A DNA stretch of 63,403 nucleotides, the filler included, from Chiloscyllium plagiosum (lineage: Eukaryota): the NCBI RefSeq assembly GCF_004010195.1. It is 5 parts of 2 records of this genome, joined end to end, with 100 filler letters (N's around TTAATTAATTAA, not from the genome) between each part and the next. Parts side by side here need not be neighbours in the genome. Positions count along the whole stretch, not along the records: positions 1 to 24,093 come from NC_057711.1; 4 more parts are not named here. One strand, written 5' to 3'. How positions within the stretch are numbered: position 1 is the stretch's first letter; the number at the start of each line of letters is the position of its first letter. Made by a program: the position numbers and the translations under genes. Under the pieces are notes generated by a model. It saw only the letters and a program-made list of their open reading frames with translations. It did not search any database and was not told the DNA's origin. Below, piece by piece: positions 1 through 12,689 of this stretch.

Positions 1-150
1 CCGAGCTGGGAATTTGTGTTGCAGATGTTTTGTCCCCTGTCTAGGTGACATCCTCAGTGCTTGGGAGCCTCCTGTGAAGCGCTTCTGTGATGTTTCCTCC
101 AGCATTTATAGTGATTTGTATCTGCCGCTTCCGGTTGTCAGTTCCAGCTG
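1..150 (-). mobile_element. Penelope-like element 3' end (family C) with decayed hammerhead motif
   Basis: Reverse complement resembles 15000-15145. Minus strand reads GCA-CTGAGGA-T-GTCACC-TAGACA-GGGGAC-AAAA-CA-TC-TGC (core 57-24); GAAA and CG look CpG-decayed. Confidence 0.75.
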
Positions 151-747
151 ACGTACCCCTCGTTGCATTAGAACCAGTCTCAATACCAGAAACTTGGCTG
201 TTCGTGCTACGTTCCCTTGAGAATCCATCACCCCCTACATTTTCAAAAACAGCATACCTGTTTGAAATAGATATATCCACAAAAGACTCCTGCCCTAGGT
301 GCCTACCTCTCTTGATCTTCCTGGAGTTAATCCATCTATGTGACTGTATCTGAGACTTTATCCCCTTCCTATAACTGCCATCCATCACATACTGTTGCAA
401 ATTCCTCATTGCTTCTAACAGTCTCTCCAACCGATCCATTCAACCCGATAAGATTCTCATCCAACAGCATTTATGGCAGATATAATCCACAGTAACCCTT
501 AAACTCTCACATCTGACAAGAAGTACATCTCACTGCAAAGGCCATTTTTGCTCCTTCACAATCTACAGACCCAGAAAATAACACCGTCTTATTCCTCAAC
601 AAAACACTGCACCAGTTTAAATGAATAGTTATGGCTTATATTTTAAGTTTAATCAAGAGACTTGTCTCCAAAAAACATATAATCAAGAAATAACCCACTG
701 TACTCACTACTGCAGCCTTACTATTGGACAGACTGAAAACAACGATT

Positions 748-898
748 GGAAATGTGTTGCTGGAAAAGCCCTTCCTGAAGAAGGGCTTATGCCCGAAACG
801 TCGATTCTCCTGTTCCCTGGATGCTGCCTGACCTGCTGCGCTTTTCCAGCAACACATTTCCAGCTCTGATCTCCAGCATCTGCAGACCTCACTTTCTC
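748..898 (+). mobile_element. Short PLE-derived insertion (family A) with 5' inversion and TSD
   Basis: TSD CTGAAAACAACGATT at 733-747 and 899-913. 748-769 is the reverse complement of 840-861. Inserted in the CR1 5'UTR. Confidence 0.85.
775..802 (+). ncRNA. Minimal type-I hammerhead ribozyme motif (family A), core intact
   Basis: CTGAAGA-A-GGGC-TTAT-GCCC-GAAA-CG-TC; palindromic ACGU, GUC triplet; stem I weak. Confidence 0.7.
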
Positions 899-1960
899 CT
901 GAAAACAACGATTAACTTATCTGGTTCTGTGTTGTGAACTTTGCCAAACAGGTTCCTCCAAGATTAGTTGTGAAATTCACTGTTAATTTTCCCAGACACA
1001 CTCTGATGTCCAGCGATACTTGAATTCAAAAACAACAAAGGCAGTAACTCTGCAAGTTCTCTCTCTCTCTCTCTTCTGCGCTGTCCTCACCATGTACTTC
1101 CTTTGTCTGCTCTTCTCCCTTTTAACACTGTTGTTGTTTTGCCTTTTTTTTCCCAAAGTTTCCAAAACAACGCAACAGCATATAAACCAGTAATTGCTGC
1201 TCCTGGAATTCGAGGAAATCACCTCCAACACCGAAAACACTTCAAAAAAACAGAGCAGCTGTTACAGCCAGAAAAGTTTCCCGGCCTCCATCTTGGATTA
1301 CCCAGAATGCCTTGGATGGTTTCATACTGGTTATTCTGAATTCTGTAATGGAATGATTTAAGGATATAGATAATTTCTGTTCAGTTTCCTGGGGTCAGCA
1401 GTCACTGTATTAATGTTTAGACACTGCCTCCTGCTGGTCAAGCAACAGGCAGGTCTCAACCTTGAAGCTGGCTAGAGAGAGAGAGTGCTTGTCCATTCAG
1501 GATATTGTTTTTTTTTGTTTCACTGACCTGGAGAAAAACATTTTTTTAAAATACCAAAGAGGGCTGTTTGGCTCATCACATGATCTCCCCTCACAAACTG
1601 ACCAGTGACCCAAATATGGCCAGAGCAAGTTGATTCCAGGCCATGGTTTAGAAATGATTAGATTATGGCTGGAAGAGATCCATTTTCAATCAGGGTCCAT
1701 TGTCCAAATTGATTGGATCTGATGGCTTATTCCACATCATTGAATACTTAAGCTCTCTGGATTTTTTTTTGTGTGAATGGATCAAGAGATATGTCATTGA
1801 CATTCCTCTAAGGTGATTGCTTCTGATGGGTTCTTCTTGATAGCCTGACTCTGTTTTAGTTGCTTTGGATAAAGTCATGCATATGTTCAGACATTTTTTT
1901 TTAATTGAATCTATTTTTCTAATCAACCTGTTCAGAGATGTTGTACACACCTCTGGAGCA

Positions 1961-2174
1961 GTTGGGTACTGCAGATGCTGGAGCTTAGAATCAAGATGAG
2001 AGTGGTGCTGGAAAAGCACAGCAGGTCAGGCAGCATCCGAGGAGCAGGAAAATCGACATTTCAGGCAAAAACCCTTCATCAGGAATCCTGATGAAGGGCT
2101 TCTGCCCGAAGCATCGATTTTCCTGCTCTTCTGATGCTGCATGACCTGCTATGTTTTCCCAGCACCACTCTAAT
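1961..2174. mobile_element. Head-to-head inverted pair of PLE family A ends, two mutated hammerhead cores
   Basis: Arms meet near 2083-2087 (cccttcatcaggaatcctgatgaaggg). 15-bp TSD with 1 mismatch at 1946-1960 and 2175-2189. Confidence 0.8.
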
Positions 2175-3234
2175 CACATCTCTGGAGCAAGTGAGCCTCT
2201 CAGTCCAGGGGTAGGGATACTGTCACTGTGTCACAAGAGGGCCCTATATTCAGACATCTTAGAATTTGATTATTGAGTCATCATTTAATAGATCCAAGCT
2301 CAGTCAATTGCTGAACATTAATACTAATGATGCTGGTTATGCTTCTCACTGAACAAGGACTGCTTATACTAATAGGTCCAGTCTGAGTTATTCTATGAGT
2401 CCTAATACTAATGGATCTAGACTGAGCATCAATACCAGTGGATGACTCGTGTTAATACTGATGAACCTGGGCTGTGTTAATGTAAACTGACAAAATCTCT
2501 TTAATCCCATATGAGAAAGAATTGCAAAGGGTCTTGAGTGAAATTGGTTCCTATTGGCTCATGTTGAAAATAATGAAGAACTAAATCATCATTTTATCCA
2601 TCAAACCATCAAGTTATCCATTGAAATAATAAGGTTAAGTGTGTTGTATGGGCAGCTAATTCTTAAACATGTCATTTATGAGAAAGTATAATCCATAATT
2701 GCAAGTGATATAGTAAATGTACAGTGTGGAACCATTCAAAACATTCACAATTTGGTGAATGAGCTCTATCAGTAATATAGCTATGTGCAATAGTTTGTTC
2801 TATACTTTGGCTTCCATAGCCATATTAAATTCAGCTGTCTAATACTGTAAAACAAAGCACCAGAGAAGAATGAATGACCACCAAATCACAACATTAATCC
2901 TTTGATTGCTGCGTGCTGAGTTAGGCTGTTAACTCGTATTCTAAGCTGTCATCTAATATTGCTGTGGTAGAATCTGTTGTATTTTTCGCTCCACAAGGAA
3001 ATTGTGAGGGAGGATTATACTGAATGCCAGTTTTTACACTGTGTGCCAACAGTGAATTACAGCGAGTCACAGGCCAGTCACCATAACCAACCACTCATTA
3101 AACCTAATAGTTGGAAAATCACAGACTGGGATTGCCTGATATGTAAGAGACTGACACACAGTCTGAGCAAAGATGCCTTTCCGTCCTTTTTATTTTCTGG
3201 ATTGGCACAGAAACCTATCAAATGCTAACAGGAC

Positions 3235-3950
3235 AAGATAAGACAGTTGCAGGAATGATGTTCCTGGTGGCAAGGGAGTCTCATACTCTGGAATCCAGAT
3301 CACTATCTATCGATCTGAGGTTAATAATTTCAGATTAAGATAAGGAGAAGTTTCTTCATCCAGAGTGGTGAGCTTATGGAATATACTACCATAGAAAGCA
3401 GTTCTGTCCAAAACGTTGTATGATTTCAAGAAGGATTTGGATATGGAATCATAAAATTACCCTACTGTAGAAAGAGGCCATTTGGCCCATCAAGTCTGCA
3501 TCACCACTCCAAAAAGCATCCCACACCAGATCCAGTTGTCACCCTGTAAGCTCACCTTTTCCATGGCTAACCCACCTAGCTTGCACATCCCTGGATGCCA
3601 TAGACAATTTAGCATGGCCAGTCCACCTAACCTGCACATCTTTGGACCTTGGGAGGAAACTGGAGCACCCATAGGAAACTCATGCAGACACAGGGAGAAT
3701 GTGCAAACTCCACACACACTCAGTCACCTGAGGCTGGAATTGAACCCGAGTCCCTGGTACTGTGAGAGAACAGTGCAAGCACTGAGCCACCATGCTCTCC
3801 ACTTGGGGATGAAGGGATCCAAGGATACAGGGAACTGGGAAAATGGGACCAGGCTTCGAAGTTGGATGTTCAGCCATGATCATAATGAATGGTGAGGCAG
3901 GCTTGGAAGGCTAAGTAGCCCATTCTTGCTCCTATTTTCTAAATTTCTGT
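3235..3950 (+). mobile_element. Old CR1 3' fragment interrupted by a minus-strand V-SINE (about 3445-3800)
   Basis: CR1 3' motifs (ttcttcatccagagtggtgag; ttcagccatgatcataatgaatgg); SINE core acctgcacatctttggac...gtgcaaactccacac. Confidence 0.7.
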
Positions 3951-5145
3951 GGTCACAATGATATGCTGGTTCACCAAAATAATTGAAAAATGTACAAGGG
4001 CTTGATAGATAAGATTTGAAAATATTTCAGCTTGCAGAAAACAGAATTTGCAACAAAAAAAATACAGCTAATGTGATACAATTTCTTTAATGTTATAGCA
4101 CAGTGTCAGTCTATGTGTCTGTTACAATCAGTATAATGTTATATAATCAACTTAATCATGACAAATTATGTCCATGCCCATCCCAAGCTTTGGAGACAAA
4201 AGAAGGAACGCATGAATATTCTGACAGTCTGTGGAGTACAAGTGATCACACACTGTCCTGTTATATTTTTGTTTACTGTTATTCTAGTACTTTAACTGAG
4301 CTGAATAGGAATGAGGAAACTAAAAAAGGTTTATCCATTTTGAATGTGGTTTGTACATATGTAATATATGCAATGGCAGGTGCATTGGCATTATTTGCAG
4401 CATTAGTTATCCTCTTTCATTCACTCTTTAAAAAAATGATTTGGGGTGTGTTTGTGTATTCATTTGACACTAAATGAGAGAGTGTGTATGTATGTGTGTG
4501 TGTTTGAATGAATGTGTGTAGCTATATGTATGAGTGAAATGCTTTTGCATGTTAGTTACTGAATCACTGTGTTTGTGTGTGCATTTGTATGTGATAGAAT
4601 GTGTCTTTTAGCCTCCTTGTGTGGGTAGGTATTTGATTTCTTGCCATCCTGAAACACTGTTCCGCAATCTTTGAAATGATCTATTGTGTGACAGCAAAAG
4701 CATTCACTTTCAGTAGCTGGTTGTTATCTGTGCCATTGAGCTTTCTTTGCACCACAAGCTGCAAAAGCCTTAGTGTCTGCTGTCTGTCTTAATCACTGTA
4801 TTGGTTTCTTACAAGTGCTGTCTGTGATTGTGTTAATCAATAATTGTGTGGGCTTTGATCTACTGTGCCAAGGTTGATTTTCTCCTCTGAAGATTGGTCA
4901 GCATTGTTTCAGGATGACTGCTTCATTCTCTGAATAGCTCTTTTTAAGAGTCAGATCTTTTTTTGGAAAATAATAAATCTTATAAAGGCTCATTGGCAAT
5001 TTGTACAACAATTCTATCTACACCAAAAAGATTGCCATGGTTCAAAAAGCCAGCTCACCATCTCCTTCTCAAGGGCAAATAAGCTCAGCTAGCAAACTTC
5101 ACATCCCATTCTTGAATAAAAACAGTTGTATTCCTGGCAACATTA

Positions 5146-6170
5146 TTGAATTGAATTGAATTTGTTGTCATGTGTACTGAGGCACAGTGAAAAGCTTTGT
5201 CTTGCGAGCACTACAGGCAGATGACGCGGCACGGTGGCACAGTGGTTAGCACTGCTGCCTCACAGCGCCAGAGACCCGGTTCTAATGACAAAGTTAAGTA
5301 GCATAGATAAGTAAATAATAGGTAAACAGTGGTAAAAACAAAAACACAGGTACATGCGAATGTTAAGTGTTTGTGAGTCCATTCAGTATTCTAACAACAG
5401 TAGGTAGAAAAATGTTAAGTGTTTGTGAGTCCATTCAGTATTCTAACAACAGTAGGTAGAAACTGTTTCGAAACAGCCTGGTGCATGTGTTCAGGTTTCT
5501 GTACCTTCTCCCTGATGGTGGAGGTTGTAGAAAAGCATGACCAGGGTGGGATGGATCTTTGAGAATGCTGGCGGCCTTTCCTTGACAGCGGGCCTGGTAG
5601 ATGGATTCTATAAGGTAAAAACAATGACTGCAGATGCTGGAAACCAGATTCTGATGGTCTCTGATTTTGAATGGTACAGTTGCCATACCAGGTAGTGATA
5701 CATCCAGACAGAATGCTCTCGATGGCGCACCTAGAAAAGTTGGCATGGGTATTCGCCATCATGCCAAATATCCTCAGCTGCCTGAGGAAGAAGAGACGTT
5801 GTTGGGCCTTTGTAACCAATGTGTCCACATGAAGAGTCCAAGAAAGCTTGTTGTGGAAGTCCAGTCCCAGGAGCTTGACACTCTCCGCTCTTTCCACCTC
5901 TGTGCTGTTCATATGTTGGGGGGCATGAATAACATCCCGCCGAAAGTCAATAATGAGTTCCTTAGTCTTGCCGGTATTGAGAGCTAGGTTGTTCTCAGTA
6001 CACCATTTTTCCAGGTCTTCCACCTCCCGTCTGTCACCTGTTTCATTGCCATCTGAGATTCGACTGACTATGGTGGTGTCATCAGCAAATTTGTAAATGG
6101 CATTAGTCTGGTAGTTGGCAATGCAGTCATGGGTATACAGTGAGTCAATTGGGGGCTGAGTCCAATGCAA
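5146..6170 (-). mobile_element. Rex1/Babar-type LINE, 5'-truncated RT and 3' end
   Basis: ORF 5415..6170: SLYTHDC...KFADDTTIV...[23 protein letters not shown]...KAQQRLFFLRQLR. (TTGAA)n tail at 5146-5162. Contains a SINE head (about 5226-5282), a 52-bp tandem duplication (5359-5410/5411-5462) and a PLE fragment (about 5612-5652). Confidence 0.85.
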
Positions 6171-6282
6171 TGTCCTCCTGATATGATTTATATGCTAGGG
6201 CATGGCAGTTGCTGCATTTTCTAACTACAGTGGAGGATTTCCACATTTCCTGGGTAAACTTTATTACTGTATTACTGTATTA

Positions 6283-6601
6283 GGGGCAGCTCGGCAGCAC
6301 GGTGGTTAACACTGTTGCCTCACAGCGCCAGAGACCCGGGTTCAATTCCCGCCTCAGGCAACTGTCTGTGTGGAATTTGCACATTCTCCCCGTGTCTGCG
6401 TGGGTTTCCTCCGGGTGCTCCGGTTTTCCTCCCAAAAAAAATGTGCAGGTTAGGTGAATTGGCCATGCTAAATTGCCTGTAGTGTTAGGTGAAGGTGTAC
6501 ATGTAGGGGAATGGGTCTGGGTAGGTTGCTGTCTGGAGGGTCGGTGTGGACTTGTTGGGCCGAAGGGCCTGTTTCCACACTGTAAGTAATCTAATCTAAT
6601 C
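6283..6601 (+). mobile_element. tRNA-derived V-SINE (HE1-like), full length
   Basis: B-box GGTTCAATTCC, V-domain gtgtctgcgtgggtttcctccgggtgctccggttt, (TAATC)n tail. Confidence 0.9.
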
Positions 6602-7426
6602 AACTTCTGTTTATGAATTCGACTGTCGCTGATTTAACAGATAATTCTATCTTTCATTACAGCTTTACTGAATGATTCCTTCCCCTTGTGTTTTAAATAA
6701 ATCATTCCCACCCAATTTCATCTCCTAGAATGGCTCTATGACCTCCTTGGTGGTCTGAATAAAGTCTTCCAAACATTCTGTCCCTGTTAGATCTGGTTTA
6801 TTTAGGTTTCTAATCTGCCCAATCATATCGCTTTAAATATATGCTATATGATCTTCCCAGTCCTGTGACCTCAGATTAATATTTCATGGTCCTTTACTCC
6901 ACTTCTGTAGCCATTCCTCGTTGTGCTCATTCACTACGGCAACAGCAAACGGTCTGAGCCAAAAGGAAGTTTTTAACTTCTCGTTTTCCCAGCCTGGATT
7001 ATTGCACCTTTTTTATGTTTCCCCTGGTTCACCAGGGATTTTGAGCTTCCAACATTTGTTCGTTCATTCCTGAGCTCTGACTTGAGACTGTTCGCACAGA
7101 CCACCAACTCACAACTCAAACTGCTTCTGCTTTGGAGCTACTAATTCACCTTCTTCACGGATTCACTAACTCTCTTGCTGCAGCATGTCTCTTACTTGTT
7201 CTGAAATGATTTTACCATTCACTCATGTGTTCTGTCCAGAAACACATGAATTTTTTTATTGCAATGTTTCACTTGGACGGTTGCAAGAGATGCATAAAGA
7301 GTTAAATGTGTGAATTATTTTATTGGCTACCAAAAGGACATTGGTGACCTATTTTTACCCTTATAATTATCTGACTTTCCTTTCCTCCTTTCTCAGGCTG
7401 ACGCTGGTCTGTAATTCTTTTGAGGT

Positions 7427-7547
7427 AAATACAATGACTGCAGATGCTGGAAACCAGATTCTGGATTAGTGGTGCTGGAAGAGCACAGCAGAAGCTCCAT
7501 GGATTCTGCCTGAACTGCTGTGCTCTTCCAGCACCACTAATCCAGAA
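7427..7547. mobile_element. Inverted PLE family A terminal fragment without the ribozyme
   Basis: 17-bp TSD TGTAATTCTTTTGAGGT at 7410-7426 and 7548-7564; internal inverted arms attctggattagtggtgctggaagagcacagcag. Confidence 0.8.
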
Positions 7548-8130
7548 TGTAATTCTTTTGAGGTCAGTATTTATCTGATAATAAACTTGGACTTGCCTAC
7601 TTGTCAGCAGGGTGTGTATACCTCCACCACGTGGAGTGCAGCAATTCAAAAAGATTGCTCACATATCACCTCCCTAAGTATCATCAGGGATGGAGAATGC
7701 ATGTTAGCCTAACCAGCAGTACTTGTGTCCCACAAATATTTAAAGGATTAAGTGTCCTAAAAACATCTGGCTCATTTGCTCTGTGCTGGGAGTTAATGAA
7801 GTACAGGTATATTAGCATAAACAAAGTTCCGGGGGGAAATTCAGTTTTGTTCCTTGATATTATCACTTCCATTTGCACTTAGAGGTGCACTACAAACTCA
7901 GTCTATCACAGCAATATATGTGTGCATGCCTTACATTACCTCTTAAAGTGCACAGAAACAAATCTCTAATTGATTATGCATATGATTGAATTTGAATGAT
8001 TTAACAGGCCAAGCTTTACAGCACATTATCACTGCTGTGCCAAAGTAGTTTTACTTTACATCAATAGCAACAACACAATGGAAATCAACTTCAGTTCATC
8101 CAAATAGGATGATTCCAGGTTCCAGCTGAA

Positions 8131-8248
8131 GGAGGAGAAAGTGAGGACTGCAGATGCTGGAGACCAGAGTTGAAAAATGTGGTGCTGGAAGAACACAGCA
8201 GGCCAGGCAGCATCCAAGGAGCAGGAGAATCGATGTTTCAGGCATAAG
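8131..8248 (-). mobile_element. PLE family A 3' fragment truncated within the ribozyme stem II
   Basis: ggagaaagtgaggactgcagatgctgg...gaatcgatgtttcaggcataag. Confidence 0.75.
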
Positions 8249-8959
8249 ATCTACATTTTGTTTAGTTGTAAAATTGTCGACAGAATGAAAAAAAAGGACC
8301 TACATTTCTCTGGTCCTTTCCCAACTGGAGGCGGTCTTGAAGCACTTCACAGTCAATGGAATATTTAAGGGGGATAGAGTTGAATTTTCCCAGTATTATG
8401 AAGATGAACTTGGAAATATCACGGGGACAAGATGTGAAAAGAAGGTTAGCCATACAGGATGGATCCCCAAAGCATTTCAACTTCTGGGAGCAGGTTAGAG
8501 ACAAGATCTGCTGTTCTACTGTACAGAAGTGGGTAGTCAATTAAGACAGTTAAATCTACTCCTCTTGTCTACTATGCGTCAATACTTATATTTAGCAGAA
8601 GAGGAATGGCAGTTGTTGTGTGCAGAGCTTAAGCTGTGGGCTCCCAGTGACAGGCCAGTGGCCTTTGAGCTGAAGACTCCCGGCCCACTCGAGAAGTCTT
8701 GTCATAGCCCAATCCATAAAAACCTTAGCAAAGTGGTTTCTGCTCAACTCCAATGCCCCTGAAAGCTTCAGGTTTCTTTAGTTTATCACTATTTAGCAGA
8801 CAATTGAAGAGATTTCCATGATGAGATGCCATCCTGCTCATCTGCCTACATTGGTAACCCTAACTCCTCCTATAGCTCTGCTGAAGTCCTAAAGCTGACC
8901 GTGTTAGAAACCACTTCTTCTCCCCATTACCACCCTTGATAAGGAAAGATTTGTGATAA

Positions 8960-9870
8960 GGCAATTTCAGGCTGGCAACCTGCAACCGTGGAATTCTATG
9001 GGGGTCAATGTTGGGTCCACAATTATTAACAATATACCTGAATGACTTGATGAGGACAGTGAGCGTACTGTACCAGGTTTGTGGATGACACAAAAATAAG
9101 TGAGCAGGCAAGTGGTGAGGATGACACAATGAATCAGCAGAGGGATATAGGACAGATTATGTGATAAGGCAAAAACTTGGCAGATGTAATATAATGTGGG
9201 AATACGTGAAGTTATGCTCTGTGGTAGGAAGAATGGAGGAGCTGAATGATATTTGAATACAGAAAGCTACAACACTGTCCATGAGTCATAAAATAAAAGT
9301 AAAGTCCAAGTTTGATGGGTAAAAGGGAAGGCAAATGAAATGTTAGTTTTTATTTCTGAGAACATTGATTAAATAATAAAGAGGTTTTGCAAAAACTGTG
9401 CAAGTCAATGGTTAGACCACTGCTGGAATACTGTGAACAGTTTTGGGTCCCTTATCGAAGGACAGATATGCTGGCATTGGAGGCATCTCAGTAATGAAGA
9501 GACTGCTTTATGAAGAAAGGTTGAGTTGATTATGTGGAAAGGTTGTTTCCCTTTGTGGAAGAGTGTAGGGCCAGAAGGTATAATCTCTGTGTAAGGAATC
9601 ACCCATTTAAAACAAATGAAGAACTTCTTCTCTCAGATAGTAGTGAACCTGTCCAATTCTTTACTGAAAAGTGCTGTTGAGGCTGACTTGTTATGTATAT
9701 TCATGGCTGAGATAGACAAATCTTTAATCAGTAAGGGACCCAAGGATTATGGTGAAAAGGCAGGAAAGTTGAGTTGAGGATCATCAGGTCACCATGATCT
9801 TGTCGAATGGCAGATTAAACTGATGGGCTGAATGGCCTACTCTGCTCAAAAATCCTATTGTCTTATGGGT
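8960..9870 (+). mobile_element. Degenerate CR1 ORF2 RT and 3' end
   Basis: Decayed GSMLGPQL / FVDDTKI / VRPLLEYC motifs and CR1 3'UTR gggctgaatggcctactc. Confidence 0.75.
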
Positions 9871-9989
9871 AGAGGGTGGAATTTTACTGGGATCTGAGCA
9901 ATGTGGGCTGCAGTGAGATTTGTGGCAAATCAGACAAAAAGTCTACAGGGCTTACTGTGACATGAGAAGTGTCATGAACTTTTTATAAT

Positions 9990-10201
9990 TTGGAGGTGCC
10001 GGTGTTTTTTTGGGGGGATGTACAAAGTTAAAAAATCATACAACACCAGGTTATAGTCCAACAGGTTTATTTGGAAGCACTAGCTTTCAGAGCACCGCTC
10101 CTTCATCAGGTGGTTGTCCCCCGATGAAGGAGCAGCCCCATGAAAGCTAGTGCTTCCAAATAAACCTGTTGGACTGTAATCTGATGTTGTACGATTTTGA
10201 T
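9990..10201. mobile_element. Head-to-head inverted pair of PLE family B ends
   Basis: 11-bp TSD CTTTTTATAAT at 9979-9989 and 10202-10212; arms match 62551-62643. Confidence 0.8.
10078..10112 (-). ncRNA. Minimal hammerhead motif (family B), core intact
   Basis: CAC-CTGATGA-A-GGAGC-GGT-GCTCT-GAAA-GC-TA-GTG on the minus strand; the plus-strand partner (about 10121-10150) is mutated. Confidence 0.65.
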
Positions 10202-10544
10202 CTTTTTATAATGTTTTTGCTGAGCAGTCAGGCAATTTTCTTGCTTGGCTGCTGTGAGTTGTCAGCTGAGGTGAATTCAATCATGTTAAACACCTTACTA
10301 ATGGCCTGACTTGGCTCATTGAAATTGAACTTCTCAAAGTGGACTTTGAGAAGACTCGACTTGGAAGTCAGAGTGGCTATCTGGCGATTTCAGTTTGCTG
10401 ATGGCTGTGACCTGACTCCAAGTTGTTCAGCATCAAACAGCCTCTCAGGGCATGATCCATGGGAACCAGCCACAAGCATCTCTCCTCCACAGACATTGGT
10501 ATCTGACACTTGCTGATCTCCCATGACTGTCATGGTATCTCAAA

Positions 10545-10820
10545 CTGACCATCGGACAGTGCAGTAATTCTCAGTTCTTACTCTCAGACAGTGCAGTGTC
10601 CCCTCAATACTGACCTTCTAACAGTACAGTTCCCTCTTAGAACTGATTCTCCAACAGTGCAAAACTCCCTCAGTAGTGACCCTCTGACTATGTAGATCTT
10701 GTACTCTGCATGGGCAGTGTTGGTCTAGAATTCTGGCTCAAGTCTGTGAAATGGGTCTTGTCCACAAAACCCTCTGATTCAGATGTAAGAATATTACATA
10801 GTGAGACACAGCTGACACAA
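10545..10820 (-). mobile_element. SacSINE1/DeuSINE-like fragment with about 33-bp internal repeats
   Basis: Minus-strand head gtgtcagctgtg...gaatcagagggtt...gacttgagc; repeated ccctcagtactgaccct...acagtgca units (similar units at about 35250-35325). Confidence 0.55.
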
Positions 10821-11594
10821 GCGGGGCACTTATCCCATCATCATTTAACATTTGACACAATCACAGTGCTGGTAGACTGCAAAAGCTGAAGTGGAACACT
10901 ACGCTATCAGCAGCAACTCTTGTTGATCATTTTCTAAAAGAACAGAAAGTAATCCTATCATCCAAATAAATTAAAAATAGTTATTATCACATTTCATGAG
11001 TTACAGCTCCATATCTTTAAATTCAATGCTATTATCATATGTGGAATTTTGCCAAAAGTTATACTGAAACACTGGCTTTCTAAAAGTAATTTGTGATCAC
11101 ATTTGTCTTTAGGCACCTAATCCATTTCCAATGATTGCACTGTAGGTGCCAATTAGAAATCACCTCCCAGGGATGTAATGGGTGGAGGAGCTTTTAAAGG
11201 TGACGGCGCAAAGGATTGAGGGAAGAAAAAGGAGGGATGGGCACAAGTTGGGGCCTCTGTTTGGGAACAAAAGGATGGAAAAGACAATGAAAATAGAAGG
11301 GAATACTGCAATGGATGGATGAAAGAGTGAGAAAGGAAATTTTGAGATGATTGTGACATTGCATGGGAATCTGGTGGAGCTAGAAACACAGTAGAATGAG
11401 AAGTCACATTCTCCCGTGAATAAATTGTATGTTTTGGAGGGAGGGCACCAGGAATAAGGCTGGATTTCAAAGTGATAAGAACACAGGCTTCAGATGCATT
11501 GGGAAAAGGGGGTGGCGAAAACGAACCAGTATGTGGTGCAGGGGGAAAGAGAAGGCCAGTTTTGTTGTTTTTCCCAAATACGGCCAGTCGGTAT

Positions 11595-11915
11595 TCATTG
11601 AATCCCTACACTTGGAAGTAGGCCATCAAGTCACACCAATCCTCAGAAAAGCATCCCACCCAGACCCACCTCCCATAACCCTGCATTTCCTGTGGCTAAC
11701 TCATCTAGCCTATACATCCCTGGAAACTACAGACAATTTAACATGGCCAATCCACCAAACCTGCACATCTTTGGAATGTGGGAGGAAACTGGAACAAGCC
11801 CACACAGACATGAGAAGAACGTACAAACTCCACACAGACAGTTCCCCAAGGGTGGAATCAAACCTGGGACCCTGGTGCTACAAGGCAGTAGTGCTAACCA
11901 CTAAGCCACCATGCT
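11595..11915 (-). mobile_element. V-SINE (older copy)
   Basis: acctgcacatctttggaatgtgggaggaaactgga...gtgctaaccactaagccaccatgctgc. Confidence 0.8.
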
Positions 11916-12689
11916 GCTCTATTATTCTGTGTACACACAGACTTCACAGAAATGAAATGAAACCAAAAAAAAATTAATATGGGATTTATTTCATCAGCTT
12001 TTTAAATATATGGTTTATCATTATTTAATTCCTTGAGCCAACAGTAGCCTAGGGTGATGATGTGCTGCTGTTGTAATACTTTCCTCTGGAGATCAATTCA
12101 TACATGATTACTCTGACATTAGCCCCGCGCCAATCTGTGGAAAATGATTGAATAAATTCTCTCTCCCACTTTATAACATACACAGTTCCACTACCTCACA
12201 TCTAATTCTCAGAATTAACCTTGGATATGACTGATATTTAGTAATTAGAAAGATGCAATCCTACCACTGATAAATCAAAAATCTATCAGCCCAACAATTT
12301 AATACCAATAGCTCAGCAGTAACTGGATGTAGTGATAGTTACCATCAAAAGTACTGAAACACTCATAACGCAACCAGGACTAAAAATATGTACAACTTTT
12401 AAAGTCCACATATGCAAAGAGTTTACAAACTTTAGTTCTATCAATAGTGTTTAAATTATAATGTCTAGCATTAAAATATTTAACAAATCTGTAGTTGATT
12501 AAAAGACAGAGACAGGACTGAATTTTCCTAGTTGAGTCTCAATCAAGATGTTTGCCACAAATCCGATTAGAAAACTGGAATTGGCTGTGGTGTGACACTG
12601 GTTGCAATCATTGAGAAGGTGGACCCTTGGAGGGGGAGGATATCCAGTTAAGGTTGTTGGAGGTACCAGGGAATTGAGAAGCCAAATTC

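Larger units (their letters stand above)
146..1310 (-). mobile_element. CR1 LINE 5' part (5'UTR plus disrupted ORF1 N-terminus)
   Basis: Close paralogue of about 24835-25400. ORF1 ATG at 545-543 (MAFAVRCTSCQM*), followed by coiled-coil and ISNRYAVF segments (ORF 41..439). Confidence 0.85.

Noticed and set aside
41..439. CR1-PLE fusion ORF as a functional protein
   Set aside because: Upstream ORF1 has a stop codon, and the C-terminus reads through a non-coding PLE tail.
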